A DNA stretch of 64,000 bases from Octopus vulgaris (lineage: Eukaryota), in NCBI GenBank assembly GCA_951406725.2, contig OX597817.1:130572001-130636000 (forward strand), in the 5' to 3' direction. This document shows, piece by piece, positions 1 to 14,833 of this stretch; the first letter of the stretch is position 1; each line of letters starts with the position of its first letter. Under the pieces are notes generated by a model, which saw only the letters and a list, made by a program, of their open reading frames with translations, did no database searches and was not told where the DNA came from. The position numbers and the translations under genes were made by a program.

Positions 1-1232
<1,232 letters not shown>

Positions 1233-1389
1233 TAGATATGTTTCGACCAAAGATTGGTCCAGGCCATGTCTAACTTAATAGCACCCCCTGATAGGATTAT
1301 TTGAATCCTGTTTAAGTCAAGTTTTGTTCAAGTAGTGAGTTCTTTCATATATATACATGGTGCTTGTGCCTCTCCGAAAGAGACATAAG

Positions 1390-1850
1390 GTATATACGTA
1401 TATATATACACATATACATATGTATATATATGTATATACGTATATACATATGTATATATATATATATATGTATATACGTATATATACACATATACATATC
1501 TATATATATGTATATACGTATATATACACATATGCATATCTATATATATGTATATACACACATATGCATATCTATATATATGTATACACGTATATATACA
1601 CATATGCATATCTATATATATGTATATACGTATATATACACATATGCATATCTATATATATGTATATACGTATATATACACATATGCATATCTATATATA
1701 TGTATATACGTATATATACACATATGCATATCTATATATATGTATACACGTATATATACACATATACATATCTATATATATGTATATACGTATATATATA
1801 CACATATACATATGTATATATATGTATATACACACATATACATATGTATA

Positions 1851-1892
<42 letters not shown>
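1390..1892. repeat. TA-derived minisatellite with a ~40-bp higher-order unit
   Basis: catatgcatatctatatatatgtatatacgtatatataca recurs every 40 nt from ~1520 to 1790, then decays into (TA)n. Confidence 0.92.
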
Positions 1893-1898
<6 letters not shown>

Positions 1899-2228
1899 GA
1901 CAAACCCGGCCTTGCTCGGGATTAAAATAATTTATTATTGTTTTACTTGTTTCGGTATTATAACCCGGTTTCATTCAGGTCTACGCAGGCCTCATTTTAG
2001 AAGATGAAGAATGTTGCTCTGGAAGCCACACGTTTCAAATGAGCAAACTCAAAATTGCTATGCAAACTCGCCAGAACTTTTAACATAGGTGTGCAAATTT
2101 TCAGCTGAATCTGACCATATATGCACACATTATAAATATACATATACATTAAATATATATGCACATATATACGCATTATATACATACACACATATATATA
2201 TATATATATGCATTATGTGTACATATGT

Positions 2229-2468
2229 ATCATCATCATCATCGTTTAATGTCCGTTTTCCGCGCTAGCACGGGTTGGATGGTTCAACCGGGGTCTTGGA
2301 AGCCAGGGGCTGCACCAGGCTCCAGTCTGATCTGGCAGTGTTTCTACAGCTGGATGCCCTTCCTAACGCCAACCACTCTGCTAGTGTAGTGGGTGCTTTT
2401 TACGTGTCACCTGCACAGGTGCCAGGGGGGTCTGGCATCGGCCACGATTGGTTGGTGCTTTTAGTGTG
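2229..2468 (-). mobile_element. 5'-truncated RTE LINE copy (3' UTR and (TGA)n tail only)
   Basis: Reverse complement of the 3' UTR at ~39430-39669 (ttggcgttaggaagggcatccagc...aaacgatgatgatg). Confidence 0.9.
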
Positions 2469-2478
2469 CCACATTATA

Positions 2479-2524
<46 letters not shown>

Positions 2525-2599
2525 GATATATATTCAAATATCGATATATACAAATGCACTTTATATATATAAATATATATATAAATTATATATAGCTAT

Positions 2600-2630
<31 letters not shown>

Positions 2631-3012
2631 AATTAACATAAATATCTGATATCCTTATTGTGCAGTGGTGGTGGACAATAATAATTCACCGTTGTAAAAG
2701 CCCTCTTTTAGAGATAAATAGGAGGGAAGGGGGAAAGAGAGAGAGATGGAAGAAGAAAGGGTGGTAACTGTAAGAGAGAAACAACAAACACTTGTCAAAG
2801 TCTGGCAAAAGGCAATGAATTTTCTCTCTTTTTGCCATAGTAACCACATCTTTATAGCTTGCAAATTTTAACCATCACGGGTCTCATCCTCCCCACGCAT
2901 TTAGTATCCCTGCCAATTTTCAGCTCGATCCTAGCCTTGGTTTGGCCGCCATTAACCATCAAAGCAAAATGTGCATACAATTTTCGTCCAAGGACTGTTT
3001 TATAGATATAGA

Positions 3013-3074
<62 letters not shown>

Positions 3075-3075
<1 letters not shown>

Positions 3076-3530
3076 AAATCAGATATCAGAAAGCAGAACC
3101 AAAATCGAAGTCGATCAACATCAATGGAAATTGCAGCTGTGATACCAGTGCCGGTGACAAGTAAGCGAACCATCTGATCGTGGCCGTTGCCAGCGCTGCC
3201 CCGACTGACCTCTGTGCCGGTGGCATGTAAAAAGCACCATCTGATTGTGGCCGTTGTCAGCCTCGCCTGGCCCCAAGTATGGTGGCACGTAAAAAGCACC
3301 ATCCGTCCGTGGCCGTTTGCCAGCCCCGTCTGGCACCTGTGCGGGTGGCACGTAAAAAGCACCCACTACACTCACGGAGTGGTTGGCGTTAGGAAGGGCA
3401 TCCAGCCGTAGAAACACTGCCAGATCAGACTGGGCCTGATGCAGCCTTCTGGCTTCCCAGACCCCAGTTGAACCATCCAACCCATGCTAGCATGGAAAGC
3501 GGACGCTAAATGATGATGATAATGATGATT
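3075..3530 (+). mobile_element. 5'-truncated RTE LINE copy (3' UTR)
   Basis: Near-identical to 39245-39669, including three gtaaaaagcacc modules and a (TGA)n tail. Confidence 0.92.
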
Positions 3531-3535
3531 ATATA

Positions 3536-3578
<43 letters not shown>

Positions 3579-3741
3579 CAAATAAGAAAATGGAGAAACA
3601 CATTAGTTGGTATATCAGCTTTAGGATATTAGAATGTTGACTTATTTATTTATCAAAACTACAACCATAATAACATACATATAAGATGAGAATACAAGTA
3701 GTTATTAAAAAAACAATAATATAAATTGTTAGAATCATTAA

Positions 3742-3870
3742 AATCACTTACAGCTGTTTCAGCCTATGGAAAAAAGTAATTTTTTTGTGCCTATACATGT
3801 CAATTGTATTAAGGTTGTAGGCAGTTAAAAATGAGGTACTTATATATATCCATAGGCCTCGTCAGAGATT
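3742..3870 (-). ncRNA. Type I hammerhead ribozyme motif of Penelope-like-element type, with an extended stem II
   Basis: Minus strand reads aatct-CUGACGA-ggcctatgga...(~80 nt)...tccataggct-GAAA-cagctg-UA-agtgatt: intact core, 10-bp stem II, palindromic stem III, GUA cleavage triplet. Confidence 0.8.
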
Positions 3871-4113
3871 ATAAAGTACTTTCAAAATATAAATATATAC
3901 ATGAAATAAGATACATGTACAATTTAATATCTATATAAATATATATACATATACACAAGCAAAAATATATACACCTATACATAAATAGGTACAATTAAAC
4001 ATACATACAAGCATATAGACAATTATATATATACATATATACATACATGAACATACACATACATCCATATCCATGAGTACACATATAATATTTAATTATT
4101 ACTAATATCATCA

Positions 4114-4148
<35 letters not shown>

Positions 4149-4741
4149 AATATTAGATTCAGTTTAATCTTCACTTCACAATACATATTATAAGAAATTT
4201 CAAATATATAGTATACTATAATATAATATAAACAGATAGCTATGAAAGATGTAATCTTATTAATTTTAAAATCACAGTCAATATATTCATATAACATACA
4301 GCTAAACTAGAGTTATTACAAAATTATTCTTCTGCATACACATAAGTCCATGTGTGTGGGCAACAAATAGATGCACATGCATATATATACATATGTACAA
4401 ATATACACCAATATCTATATGAAGATTTTTTCTTTCTTTTCGTCATAACGAAAGTATACATACATGTTACAACACCAAATTTATAATATAATTTCACAGA
4501 ATATTGCTTACTAAGAGTTCATGTGTTAAGAGATAATAGATTAGCTACAAGCGTCTTGTTATTTGTTATATATTAATATTTTAGTGGTTTAAATCTATCA
4601 GGGATTGGGGAGCGATTATTTTTAATCATAAGCTAAATCTAATTGGTTAACAAATTTGAATTTCTTTGTCTCAGTCATGGTTGGTTGATTGAAGATGTTA
4701 ATAATATTTATATATACATATCTTAACATACACACCAATAC

Positions 4742-4794
<53 letters not shown>

Positions 4795-5849
4795 AATTCA
4801 CTTTCAAATTATTAAACGTAAACAATAAATTCTTATAATTAGCTATACATGTGCAAGTTAAGTGAAAGGAAGTAATACATGATTATTTATCTACATTTGA
4901 TAAAGCATACAAAAATCCAAACTTATGTTATATAGATTTTATATATACATCACATACCATAAACGTATATACGTTGAAGCATACAGATATATACATATAT
5001 ATATATACACGCATACATAAATATACACATGCACACATATATACAGATATATTCATCCGCAAAGCCACAGATAAAGTGAGAGAGCAGTGCATGCCATCAA
5101 AGTGACACTGGAGTAAAATATACAAAGCCCAGAAAACCCGTCATGACTACCTGTCTGATATGGGTACACCAGGCACATGCATCACAATCATATGTGTGCA
5201 ACATAGTGATTTCATATCAAGATAAATAGTACATGACCTTGCAGTCAGAATTTTTTCAGGTCAAGTACCCCATCCAACTCAAAAGGTCCCAAAATAAGGG
5301 TTGTTTAAGCATGTTGAACAAAACACCCATGTTTCCAAAGATGAATCATCCACACCCCAAAGTATTCCTCTCAACACATGGCTATGATGCTCCCTCACTA
5401 CTTCTGCTCACGATCAGAGATGCACTTATGATCAGCCACTGAGGGACATGCTCAACTGGTTATGGTCAAACAACTGACAAGCAAATCTGTAGTATTGAGT
5501 AGAATATTTGCTGTAGCCCATCTTTTATAGCAAAACAAAACAATGTTCATGGTAACACTTCCAATCAGTTAAGATCAGAAGCCATGAGAGCCACTGCTTG
5601 GTACTGCATCAGGGCATTTATTATTATTATTATTATTTGTTAGCACACTGGACGAAATGCTTAGCAGTATTTTGTCCATCTTCACATTCAAATTCCACTG
5701 AGGCCAACTTTGCCTTTCATCTTTTCAGGGTTGACAAAATAAGTACTGGGGTTGATGTCATCAACTTACCCCTCCCCCCAAATTGCTGGCTTTGTGCCAA
5801 AATTTGAAAGCATTATTATTATTATTTTTTTTTTATTATTGTTATTACT

Positions 5850-8100
5850 CTTTACTTTTAATCTGCATGCTTGTTACAATCACTTGCCGAGACACACCCA
5901 GTGTCCTAGAGTGAGTGAAAGATAAGAGATGTTACAGTATGACTGAAAGCCTGGGGAGGGGAAGTGGCAGGGACAGTAGTGAAATATCTTCATGTAATAC
6001 AACTCAGACATTCAAATTGGTAGGGTTTTTGTAAGGATGTGGGCAGTACTTGTCAGTACAATCTTTCGGATTTCTCTGACACATGGTTCTCCTGTGATAT
6101 TATTTAGATGTTTTTGACATCCCTTTCTTATCATACCTGGGGAACCCACAATACCAGGATGCCATATCTTTTGTATTTCAATTTCCCGGTCTTTATAGTT
6201 ATGTAATTTGTCAAATTCCTTTACAGATATATTTTTGTCAGTGGGAACACTTACATCTATTAGTCAACAAGTATTCTCTTCCCTGTCTTAAATGACTATC
6301 TATGGTCGATTAGCCTGGATTGTTCTGTCAGTGTTGACTAGAAAATCCCAGGGGATTGTGACATTTTTATCTTCAAAGACTGACTCAGGGTGATGTTCAT
6401 ACCAGTAAGCAGGAGTGTTGATTTTGTAGTTTTGCATATTTTCCAATGTAAATACTATCCTACCCTATCATGGTGATCTTTGTTTGCATTTGGCATCAGC
6501 ACAGGACATACTGAAACGAGATGGTCTATTGCTTCATCAAATGTGTCACAGAATCTGCATTTAGGGTCAGAACCATTTGGAAGAATGTTAGCCTGGTAGT
6601 TTTTGTAAGCAAGGTTTGGTCTTGTGCTGCTAAAATGAAACCTTCAGTCTCTGCTTTCAGTCCTGAGCTTCTCAGCTGCCACTGATTGATTGAAGCATTT
6701 CAGCTTCAAAGTATATACTGTCCATGGCAGAGGCTTCTGGCTCCACCACTCCTCAATTTGTTTCTGCCCGTTCGTTTTTGCAGTCTATTTGACTTGTTTT
6801 GCTTGTTTGGTGGCAGTGGTTTCAGGTTCTTCATCTAATTCAGGTTTACTACCAAGTTCCCATGCAAATTTGCAAGCTTCCTTGACAATAAAATGTGATT
6901 CTTTTTGCTGCTTTCATATTTGCACGCAAGCCATAGCATTCAATCCTCTGTACTAGATAAATACTTGTTCACTGCTATTATGGAGGTCTTACAGCACAGT
7001 TCTACCAGCATTATTCCTCTTCCCTCCATTACTACGAGATAGGTACAGATGATTAATATCTGCTTTTGAGTGGTGCATGTTCTTAGACATTATTAGTTTT
7101 CTTGTCTTCCTGTCCAGGTGTTGGAGCTCTGTGAGATTTCAGTTAATTATCTTAAAATTGTATTGGACAACTGGAAGTGCCAGGGTGTTAATGGCTTTGA
7201 TGCAGTTTTTGGAATTGAGTTCAGTTATTAGTAGGAGTCTTACTCGCCTGTAATACTCCTTTCTTATTTTTTCTTCATTGCAGCATGTTGTATACCATCT
7301 CCTTCATTTATACCCAGGTATCTATAGCTTATGGGTCAAGCTCCTTGATGGTAGTGTCTGTATCTAATTTAATGGAAGTCGTTTGCTTGAGCTTGCCTCT
7401 TACAAAAGCTGCTTTAGCACACTTATCAAGGCCAAAATACATCCTGATGTTATTGCTGAAATATTTAATAGTTGATAACAACCCTACTAGTTCTTCGTCA
7501 TTTCTAGCAAACAGCTTCAGATCATCCATATAAAACAGATGGTTTACTACAATATTATACACTTTGAACCCATACCTGGTGTTACTAAGTTCGTTTGAGA
7601 GTGAGATCAGTTCCAGGCAAAAGAGTTATGGGGAGAGGGAGTCACCTTGAAAGATGCCTTGTTTGACGTTGATGTTATTAGATTGGCTCATCCCATTACT
7701 AGGGTGTAGAAGGAGATGTGTCTTCCACTTGGCCATGCTACCTTGTAGGAATTTGGAGACTACAGGAGAGATCTTGCATATCTCAAGGGCCTTGAGTACC
7801 CAATTATGTGTGACACTATTAAATGCTTTCCTGTAGTCTATCCATGCCATACTCAGGTTCTTCTTTTTACTCAGGCAATTCTCTACAATAGTTTTATTTA
7901 TGATCTCTGCATCCATAAGAATTCCTTTTACAGCCTTTTTGAGCTTGTAGAAGGATAGAGTTCTGTTCAAGGAAAGTGTATAGTCTTTCAGTTACTATCG
8001 ATATGGGTATCTTGTAGGTAGTATTAAAACCTGTTATTGGTCAGTAGTTCTTTGGATGGATTTTTTGTGCCTTCAGTTTTTAGTAGAAGATATGTGGTTC
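5850..8100 (-). mobile_element. Degenerate R4/Dong-type non-LTR retrotransposon (RT, CCHC knuckle, restriction-like endonuclease)
   Basis: ORF pieces SMAWIDYRKAF, GIFQGDSLSP and HLFYMDDLKLFA; CRFC..IDHLVSVC and an RP..VI-like endonuclease segment at ~6150-6560; many stops and frameshifts; 3' end next to (TTA)n. Confidence 0.78.
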
Positions 8101-8116
8101 CTTCAATTATTATTAA

Positions 8117-8300
8117 GGCAGTGAGCTGGCAGAATTGTTAGCACGCTTGACAAAATGCTTAGCGGAATTTTGCCTGTTGCTACAATCTGAGTTCAAATTC
8201 CACTGAGGTCGACTTTTCTTTTCACTCTTTTGGGCTCAATAAAATTAGTACTAGTTGGACACTGGGATTATCAACCCTTGTGGCAAAAATTTGAAATAAT
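8117..8300 (+). mobile_element. tRNA-derived SINE, family A (other copies at ~5635-5815 +, 12690-12890 -, 19590-19730 +, 29143-29260 +, 32950-33155 -, 33945-34160 -)
   Basis: Shared ggcagtgagctggcagaattgttagcac...ctgagttcaaattcc (B-box-like)...tttcatccttt-ggggtcgataaaataagtac core; this copy ends in (AAT)n. Confidence 0.85.
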
Positions 8301-8316
8301 AATAATAATAATAATA

Positions 8317-8366
<50 letters not shown>

Positions 8367-11194
8367 CTGATGCTCTCATCTTTAGAATCACCTTTAATAA
8401 TAACCCAAATTATTGATTACTCCTTCAACACCACCACCTCTCATTCCATTGTTCAGTGAACTCCAAAGGATTCTGGTGATTGATTATGATTGGTGGATTT
8501 CTTGTGCTATTGTCAGTGTGTGTGAGAGAGTGCATATGCATGTCATACAGCCTTGAATACAATATATGTGTGTCTATGTTTGCATGTTAGTGTATTGGTG
8601 TTGATATGTGTTTATATACATGTATGTCTTTGTGTGCATTAGTGTACAATAGCATTGCAAACCAGTGCAGCAGTAGAATTTGAACTCTGCAGCACCCCCT
8701 AATTCCACCTTAATTACAGTGCTTCCATATATTCAACTTGCTATCATTTTGGTGAACTTTTCTGTCATGACTATTTGTAAACCACTCCAACAAAAGTCTG
8801 TTAATTTAAAAAGAAAAAGCTGAGCTAAGAGAGATAGCTCAAGTGGATCAATAACATGAATTTAGAAAAAATCACAAACAAGGTGATATACTGAATGGTA
8901 GAAGTAAAAATAAATAAAACAAATTGTTAAATTGAGAAATCTGCATTTTGGTTGGAAGAAGAAAGCAAAAATACAACAGTAAATATGAGTGCTTCTCAAA
9001 GCCGAGGGGAGATAATTCAAATAAAGAACTAGTTTCGCATATTGAATTTCATGCTTGGTGGGAAATGTGATCATTGTAAAGAAAGTTTCTGTAATTAAAC
9101 AAATGGCAGTAGGCTCTTCATCTGTGTTGCCACATGCTGTGGCACCTTCTCCAGTAGCAACATGGTGTGGTCAGCTACCATCCCAGGCTCTGCTACTTGT
9201 CAGGCTGAGAAAAAAAACTGTTAAGATATTGGTCACTCTCTGACAGGTTTTTGGTTGAGCCTGTGGTAGTTGAGACCTCTGGCGTTCTTGGCCCCACCAG
9301 ACTGTATCTCTGTTCTCTGCTATCAGGGTGGAGATGGATGTCTGCAAGTGCAAGCTCTGTGAGTCAGAATGGTTGTTACAGCATATCTCCCTCACTAACC
9401 TCCAGGACAAGCTTCCTTTTTTTCCATTCCTCTCTTTCTACCTTTCATCCATTTCCCCTATCTATCTTCCTCTTTTTCTAACTCTTTTCCTCTAACACTC
9501 TACCATTCGTTTTTTTTTTTTACCCTTTCTTTCTCTAACTCTTCACCTTTCACTAACTTTCACTTTCTTCTTAATACCCACAAGCCACTGGATGAAATAT
9601 TGTGTGAACTAGAATTAAGCCTGTAGTGTAATGAAAATCATAAGTAGTCCCAAACAAGAATTCACTGACACAAACCATAAACTTCTTGTTACAACTAGTT
9701 GCAAACTGCTTGCTACAAGTGATTTGTGACTGCTTTAACAAGCAATCACAAACTTCAAGGCACAAGTAGTTGGGAAGTATAAATTGCAAACACTCGCAAG
9801 GACTAATTACCTTTACTTAGTTAGACTTGCCTATTAGTATTATTATTTAGTCGGAGCCGTGGAAAAAGAAAATGCCTAGGAAAAATCAAGGATTGGTGTC
9901 CCTCAGGCAGTCATGTGCCCTCTTTGATACCTTCAAGTAACTCTTGGGTAGGTGGAGCTCTCTAGCCCTGTAAGGCAATTCATCTTACGAGAAGGCCACT
10001 CCAATGAAAATCATTCCTACAGCTTGCTGGTCACTGCAGCCCACTGAGTCACTGTGGTCAGACTACCAAGTCTAAAGTGTGGGATCAGATTGGACAGACT
10101 GAATCCCACTTTAAAACTACTTAGTACAGGTAGGGAGAAACATACTGCAGTGTCAAGTATCTGTTTACATAGCCACTTGAGAGCATGGCTCTCTTCATCA
10201 TGATCTTTCAACACAAAGAAACTGCCATCATCCTTATAATGTAGTGAAACTGATTTGGTTGACATTCTACTTAAACCTCTTGAGATAGATATTTGTAGGA
10301 TATAATGAAGTCTGGGGAGTAAGAATTGAGCAAATCGTTTAATTTAGTTTATATGATAAAATGGGGAGAAATATGTAGAGGTGATTTGCAGAGAATAAAG
10401 TCATTGTGTTAGCAGCAGCAGCAGTGACTGCATTAGTCAGTGAGAATAAAAGAAAGTGAAAGGAGACAACTTTTAAAATATCCAGCCCCAGAGAAAGTGC
10501 TCGACTTCAAACTGCAGAAAGATGAGGATTATCGCAAGAAGCCAGTGTGGTAATTGGAGAGAAATACTGCTAAACAACTAGTCACAACACATGAAGAAAC
10601 AGAAACAAGGCTTGAAGTAAAAAAGAATAACTGGAAGAAAAATACAATGAAATACAAGAAGAAAATGGAGCAAGGCCTTAAAGTTAAAACATTTAAGATA
10701 ACAAAAAGTTAAGAAAGACTTATTTTTGACCAGTACTACACTTGTGTGTATACAGATTGTGTGTGTGAGAGTTTGTTTCTATAATCTATTCAATGCTACT
10801 GTCTACGTGACCAGCTCAATACAAAATATCTAGAACAGCAAGAATAAGAAGAAATCTTTGTTCATTATACTCTTGTTACACTAAATGCTGTTGAAGACTT
10901 ACATAAGACTACCTGCAATACAGACTATCTGTTGGTCATCATCATTATTATCATTAGCTTTACCCTTTCCACTAGATATGGTAAATCAATGTAGTCATTA
11001 GGTACGCTGTCATTGATTTCTTGTACAAAAATGTGATGTATGTAGGATTGTGACTGCACCTGTATAAGGTTATGCGTGTGTGTGTGCATATACACACACA
11101 CACATACACACATGCATATGATGCACATACACTCTTGCCAGCATGGGAAGTGGACATAAAATTATGATAATAGTAGAATCTCAATGTTTGATAT

Positions 11195-11840
11195 TCATCA
11201 TCATCATTATCGTTTAACGTCTGTTTCTATACTGGCATGGCTTAGACTGTTTGACTGGAACTGCTAAGCTGGAGAGTTGTCTTATATTTGCTTGGTTTCT
11301 ATAGCTGGATGCCTTTCCTAATGCCAATCACCTCAGAGTGTACCAGGTGCCCTTAATGAGTCACCAGCACGGGTGCCCTTAACGAGTCACCGGCACGGGT
11401 GCCCTTAACGAGTCACTGGCACTTGACATGGAAGCCTTGAACATGTCATCAGCGTTGCCGGGGGGAGCGGTAGGGGTGGTACCACTTTTGGGTCTGCTGT
11501 ACGCAATATTCGTTTTTTTGTGGGGTCTGGGGGCAGCAAACGGAAGGGCTTCCCAGGGCAGCACACACACTCTAGCTACACAAGTACATGGATGACATTG
11601 ACATGTCATCAGCACTGGCTATGATTATGATTCAAATAAGCTTGACGTGTCTTCAAAGCACAGCAATTTGCCAAAAGTGTCAGGCACTTGTCATTGACTC
11701 CATGAGACTCAACATCCGAAGATCATACTTCACCACCTCATCCTATGTTTTCCTGGATCTACCTCTTCCACCGGTTCCCTCCACAGTTAGAGATTGAGAC
11801 TTCTTTATGCAACTGTCTTCGTCCATATGCATCACATGGC
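11195..11840 (-). mobile_element. RTE LINE 3' fragment containing a 3x26-bp tandem repeat and a 147-bp insert
   Basis: (TGA)n tail at ~11195-11212 and RTE C-terminal coding remnant (...TVEGTGGRGRSRKT) at ~11690-11840. Confidence 0.8.
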
Positions 11841-13381
11841 CAGAATTGAGCAAAGCATTTAGGGGCTGTGTAGCTCATACCATCACCGCATTACCCATGG
11901 CTAATTTACTTACCTCTCTTCTTTTCTCAGTCTCTCTATCTCACTCATACTCACACTCATTCTCTCAGTGTAATGGATAATATATATGTAACCTAATACA
12001 ATCTGTTATATGCTTGGGTCTCTGGTGAGTGAACCACCTTCCCTTGCCAGGTTAACCTAGTGAAAATGGTTGCTGCAAACTAATTAATGCAAAATGTTGG
12101 TTACAGCTTGGGGTCAATGGTTGTCTAGCAATTATATAATATACTCAAGATTGTGAATGGATATGCTTGTATAAACACAAGGAGTGATGAAGCAACTTGG
12201 ACTCATTTGTCATTTCTTGTGATGAGAGTAGCTTGTCTAGGAGAGAGCCACTCTAAAAAAAGAAAAAAAAAATAGCAGACAGGGCCAGATAGAACATAGA
12301 CCATCTATGCACACCCTCTTTTCTCTATCCTACAAAGCATGCTTCTTTCTTCATTTTTGCTTAACAATTTAACACCAGCTGTTAAAAATGCATGCAAAAA
12401 AATTTACCTAGTGAATCTAGTAATATTTGAAATGTTTTATGCTGAATTGCATAAAGGGTCATAATATTACAAAACTTTCTCATTTACACTGCTCCATCCA
12501 CCTCTGTCTTTTACCCCTCTCTTCCCTGAGTGATCCACCCGCTTTCGTTATTTCTAATGTTTTACAATGGATTAAGATATTTTGTTGAAATTGTTCAGGA
12601 TTCATGTGGTTCACTCACATTTACTGTGCCCCATGGTGTGGCTAATGCACAGCACCAGTCCTGTTGGTAGGTCAAGCCAATATAATCTTTTCTGCTGTAG
12701 GCACAAAGCCTGAAATTTTGGAGGAGGGGGATAATAGTTTACATTGATCCAGTGCTCAACAGGTACTTATTCTATTAACTCTGAAGAGATGAAAGGCGAA
12801 GTTGACCTCAGCAGCATTTGAACTTGGAATGTAAAGACAGACAAAAAGGCTGCTAAGCATTTTGTCCGGCATGCTAACGATTCTGCTTTGGTTTTTGAAT
12901 TTACACACAGTCAAATACAGTACCAAAGGTATTGATGAAAGCCATATTTTCTGCTATCCAAATATAGATGTCTGTTTGTGGATCACTCAACATATCAAGT
13001 AGGGTGTTAGTTCCTCAAACAAACAACACAGATTTATCATTACAACTGTCGGCATCAGAAATGCGCTGGTCTGTTGTAAACACAATATAGATTTATATTT
13101 TTAAGTCCCTTTATTTCTGTCGAAAAAGAAATGAGTTTGCCATCTTCTGTGTATGTGCGTGTATGCGAGAGAGAGAGAGAGAGAGAGAAGCACGAGACTG
13201 AACACTATTGATATGATTTCCTTGAGAGTAAGGCTCAACCTCTCAAGCAATCTGTAGAGGGTCAAAACTGTATACAATAGGATATTTTAGTACAGTGCAT
13301 TGCTGATTTGCTGTTTTAATATGTCAGCTACTTTTAGTCCATCATCTTGAGAATTCACACACACATTCATTCTTTTATATA

Positions 13382-13524
13382 TTTCAGCCCTAAAGCTGTG
13401 GCCGTGCTAGGGCATTGCCAGTGAAAAATAAGTGGTACCTCTCACGAGACGGATTTGAACCTTTGACTTAAAGATGACTGCAGTTATTCAGCTATAGTCC
13501 TCCGCTCTGCTAACTCAGTTATTG

Positions 13525-13526
<2 letters not shown>
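13382..13526 (-). pseudogene. Intron-containing tRNA-Tyr-derived element joined to a LINE-type 3' tail
   Basis: Minus strand: gcaataactgagttagcagagcggaggactATAg-[~16 nt]-atctttaagtcaaaggttcaaatccgtctcgtgaga, a degenerate tRNA-Tyr; then TTTTT, then ggcaatgccctagcacggccacagc...gctgaaa. Confidence 0.75.
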
Positions 13527-13569
<43 letters not shown>

Positions 13570-14471
13570 ACACACACACACGTACACACACACACACACA
13601 CACACGCACACACACACATACACATGGGTTGTTTGTAGGTCTATACATATACGTATGTATGTGTATTGGTCTCTTTATATATATAATTTGTTATTACATT
13701 TTTTCCTTCCTTCTTTCCATCTCCCATTCTCGTATTTAAACCATTAACGGTTTTTGATTAACATTAACACTTAAATGTGCCCCCACCTCATTCCATCATA
13801 ATTGGTTCATGGGAAATAATTGCTCCATCGTTCATGGGAGATAACTACTCCATGGAAAGTACTTGCTGGAGCCTCTACGTGGATATTTATTTAACCTGTC
13901 AGAAATAGTACCCAGTCCTTCAAACCAAACCCTACTTCTTAAAAAAAAAAAAGAAAGAAAATGAATGTAATCCAAGTTAGATTTTAAGATGAACTAAAAT
14001 GTATTTCGTCATTGATCTATTCAAAGAAGTGATCTGGAGCTAAATAGCAAGAACCCCTCCGCTCCGCATGGACACCCATCGGCTAGAAATAGCAGCCAAA
14101 AAGCCCTCTCAAATTTTATCATAACTTAGAGACTTGTGCCTGCGACCACTACCTAGGAGGAGCTACAATCACTAAAGTAAGGTAAATTCATGTGCCAACA
14201 AGATGAAGTTGTAAAAATGAAAAGAATTGTTGGGTTACTGCAAATGAAGTTTTCATTTTCTTTTTAATGGTTTAGTGAGTGAGAAAGGGTAGCCTTAAGT
14301 TTTTTTCAGTATATCTGATACTAGTGGGTGAAAGGAATGCAGAAACCATGACCCTCATAGATTATTCTTGGATTGGTGACGAAGTCTGATTTCTTTCCTT
14401 GCAGTAACATGGACTCTACTGTTGGCATCCAACAGCTAGCTTGATTCTAATAATAGATATTCTAATATTCA

Positions 14472-14833
14472 AATAAGAGCACTCAAAGAGCGCAAACCTC
14501 CGCCAAGGCAACACCAATGTCCTCTCAACAATTATCCAGAGATAATTTTTAAATTGAGAATATCTGTAATAAACTCGACTCCTCTCACAAACTCAAAATG
14601 AGCCCGACCACTCTCAAAAATTAAGTAAAAAACAAAATGGAAAATTAATCCAGAATCCTTGTCTGGTAACAGATCGCTCCCCAAATCTAATCAGTTCATG
14701 CCAGTCACGAGGCCAAATATCCCCGTAAGTTTCATCAGAATCCATACTGCTGTTCTTGAGATATCTTGTCCACGGACAAACAAACAAACGTAACTGAAAA
14801 CAATACCTCTGCCTTCGCTAAGGCAGCAGTAAT
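14472..14833 (+). mobile_element. Non-autonomous Helentron/HINE-like element (related relics at ~27965-28130 - and ~63585-63790 +)
   Basis: 5' acctccgccaaggc motif, internal aagtttcatcagaatcc...gagatatc and (caaa)n, 3' hairpin acctctgccttcgctaaggcagcagt; family assignment is from recalled architecture. Confidence 0.55.

Noticed and set aside
3190-3365. Regularly spaced ~26-nt repeats with ~36-nt spacers resembling a CRISPR array
   Set aside because: Spacers are homologous to each other, the array is part of an RTE 3' UTR, the context is eukaryotic and there are no cas genes
13140-14190. Candidate promoter or non-coding first exon (GA repeat; donor-like sites near 13228 and 14182)
   Set aside because: An upstream exon is implied by the acceptor at 18875, but none can be located from sequence alone
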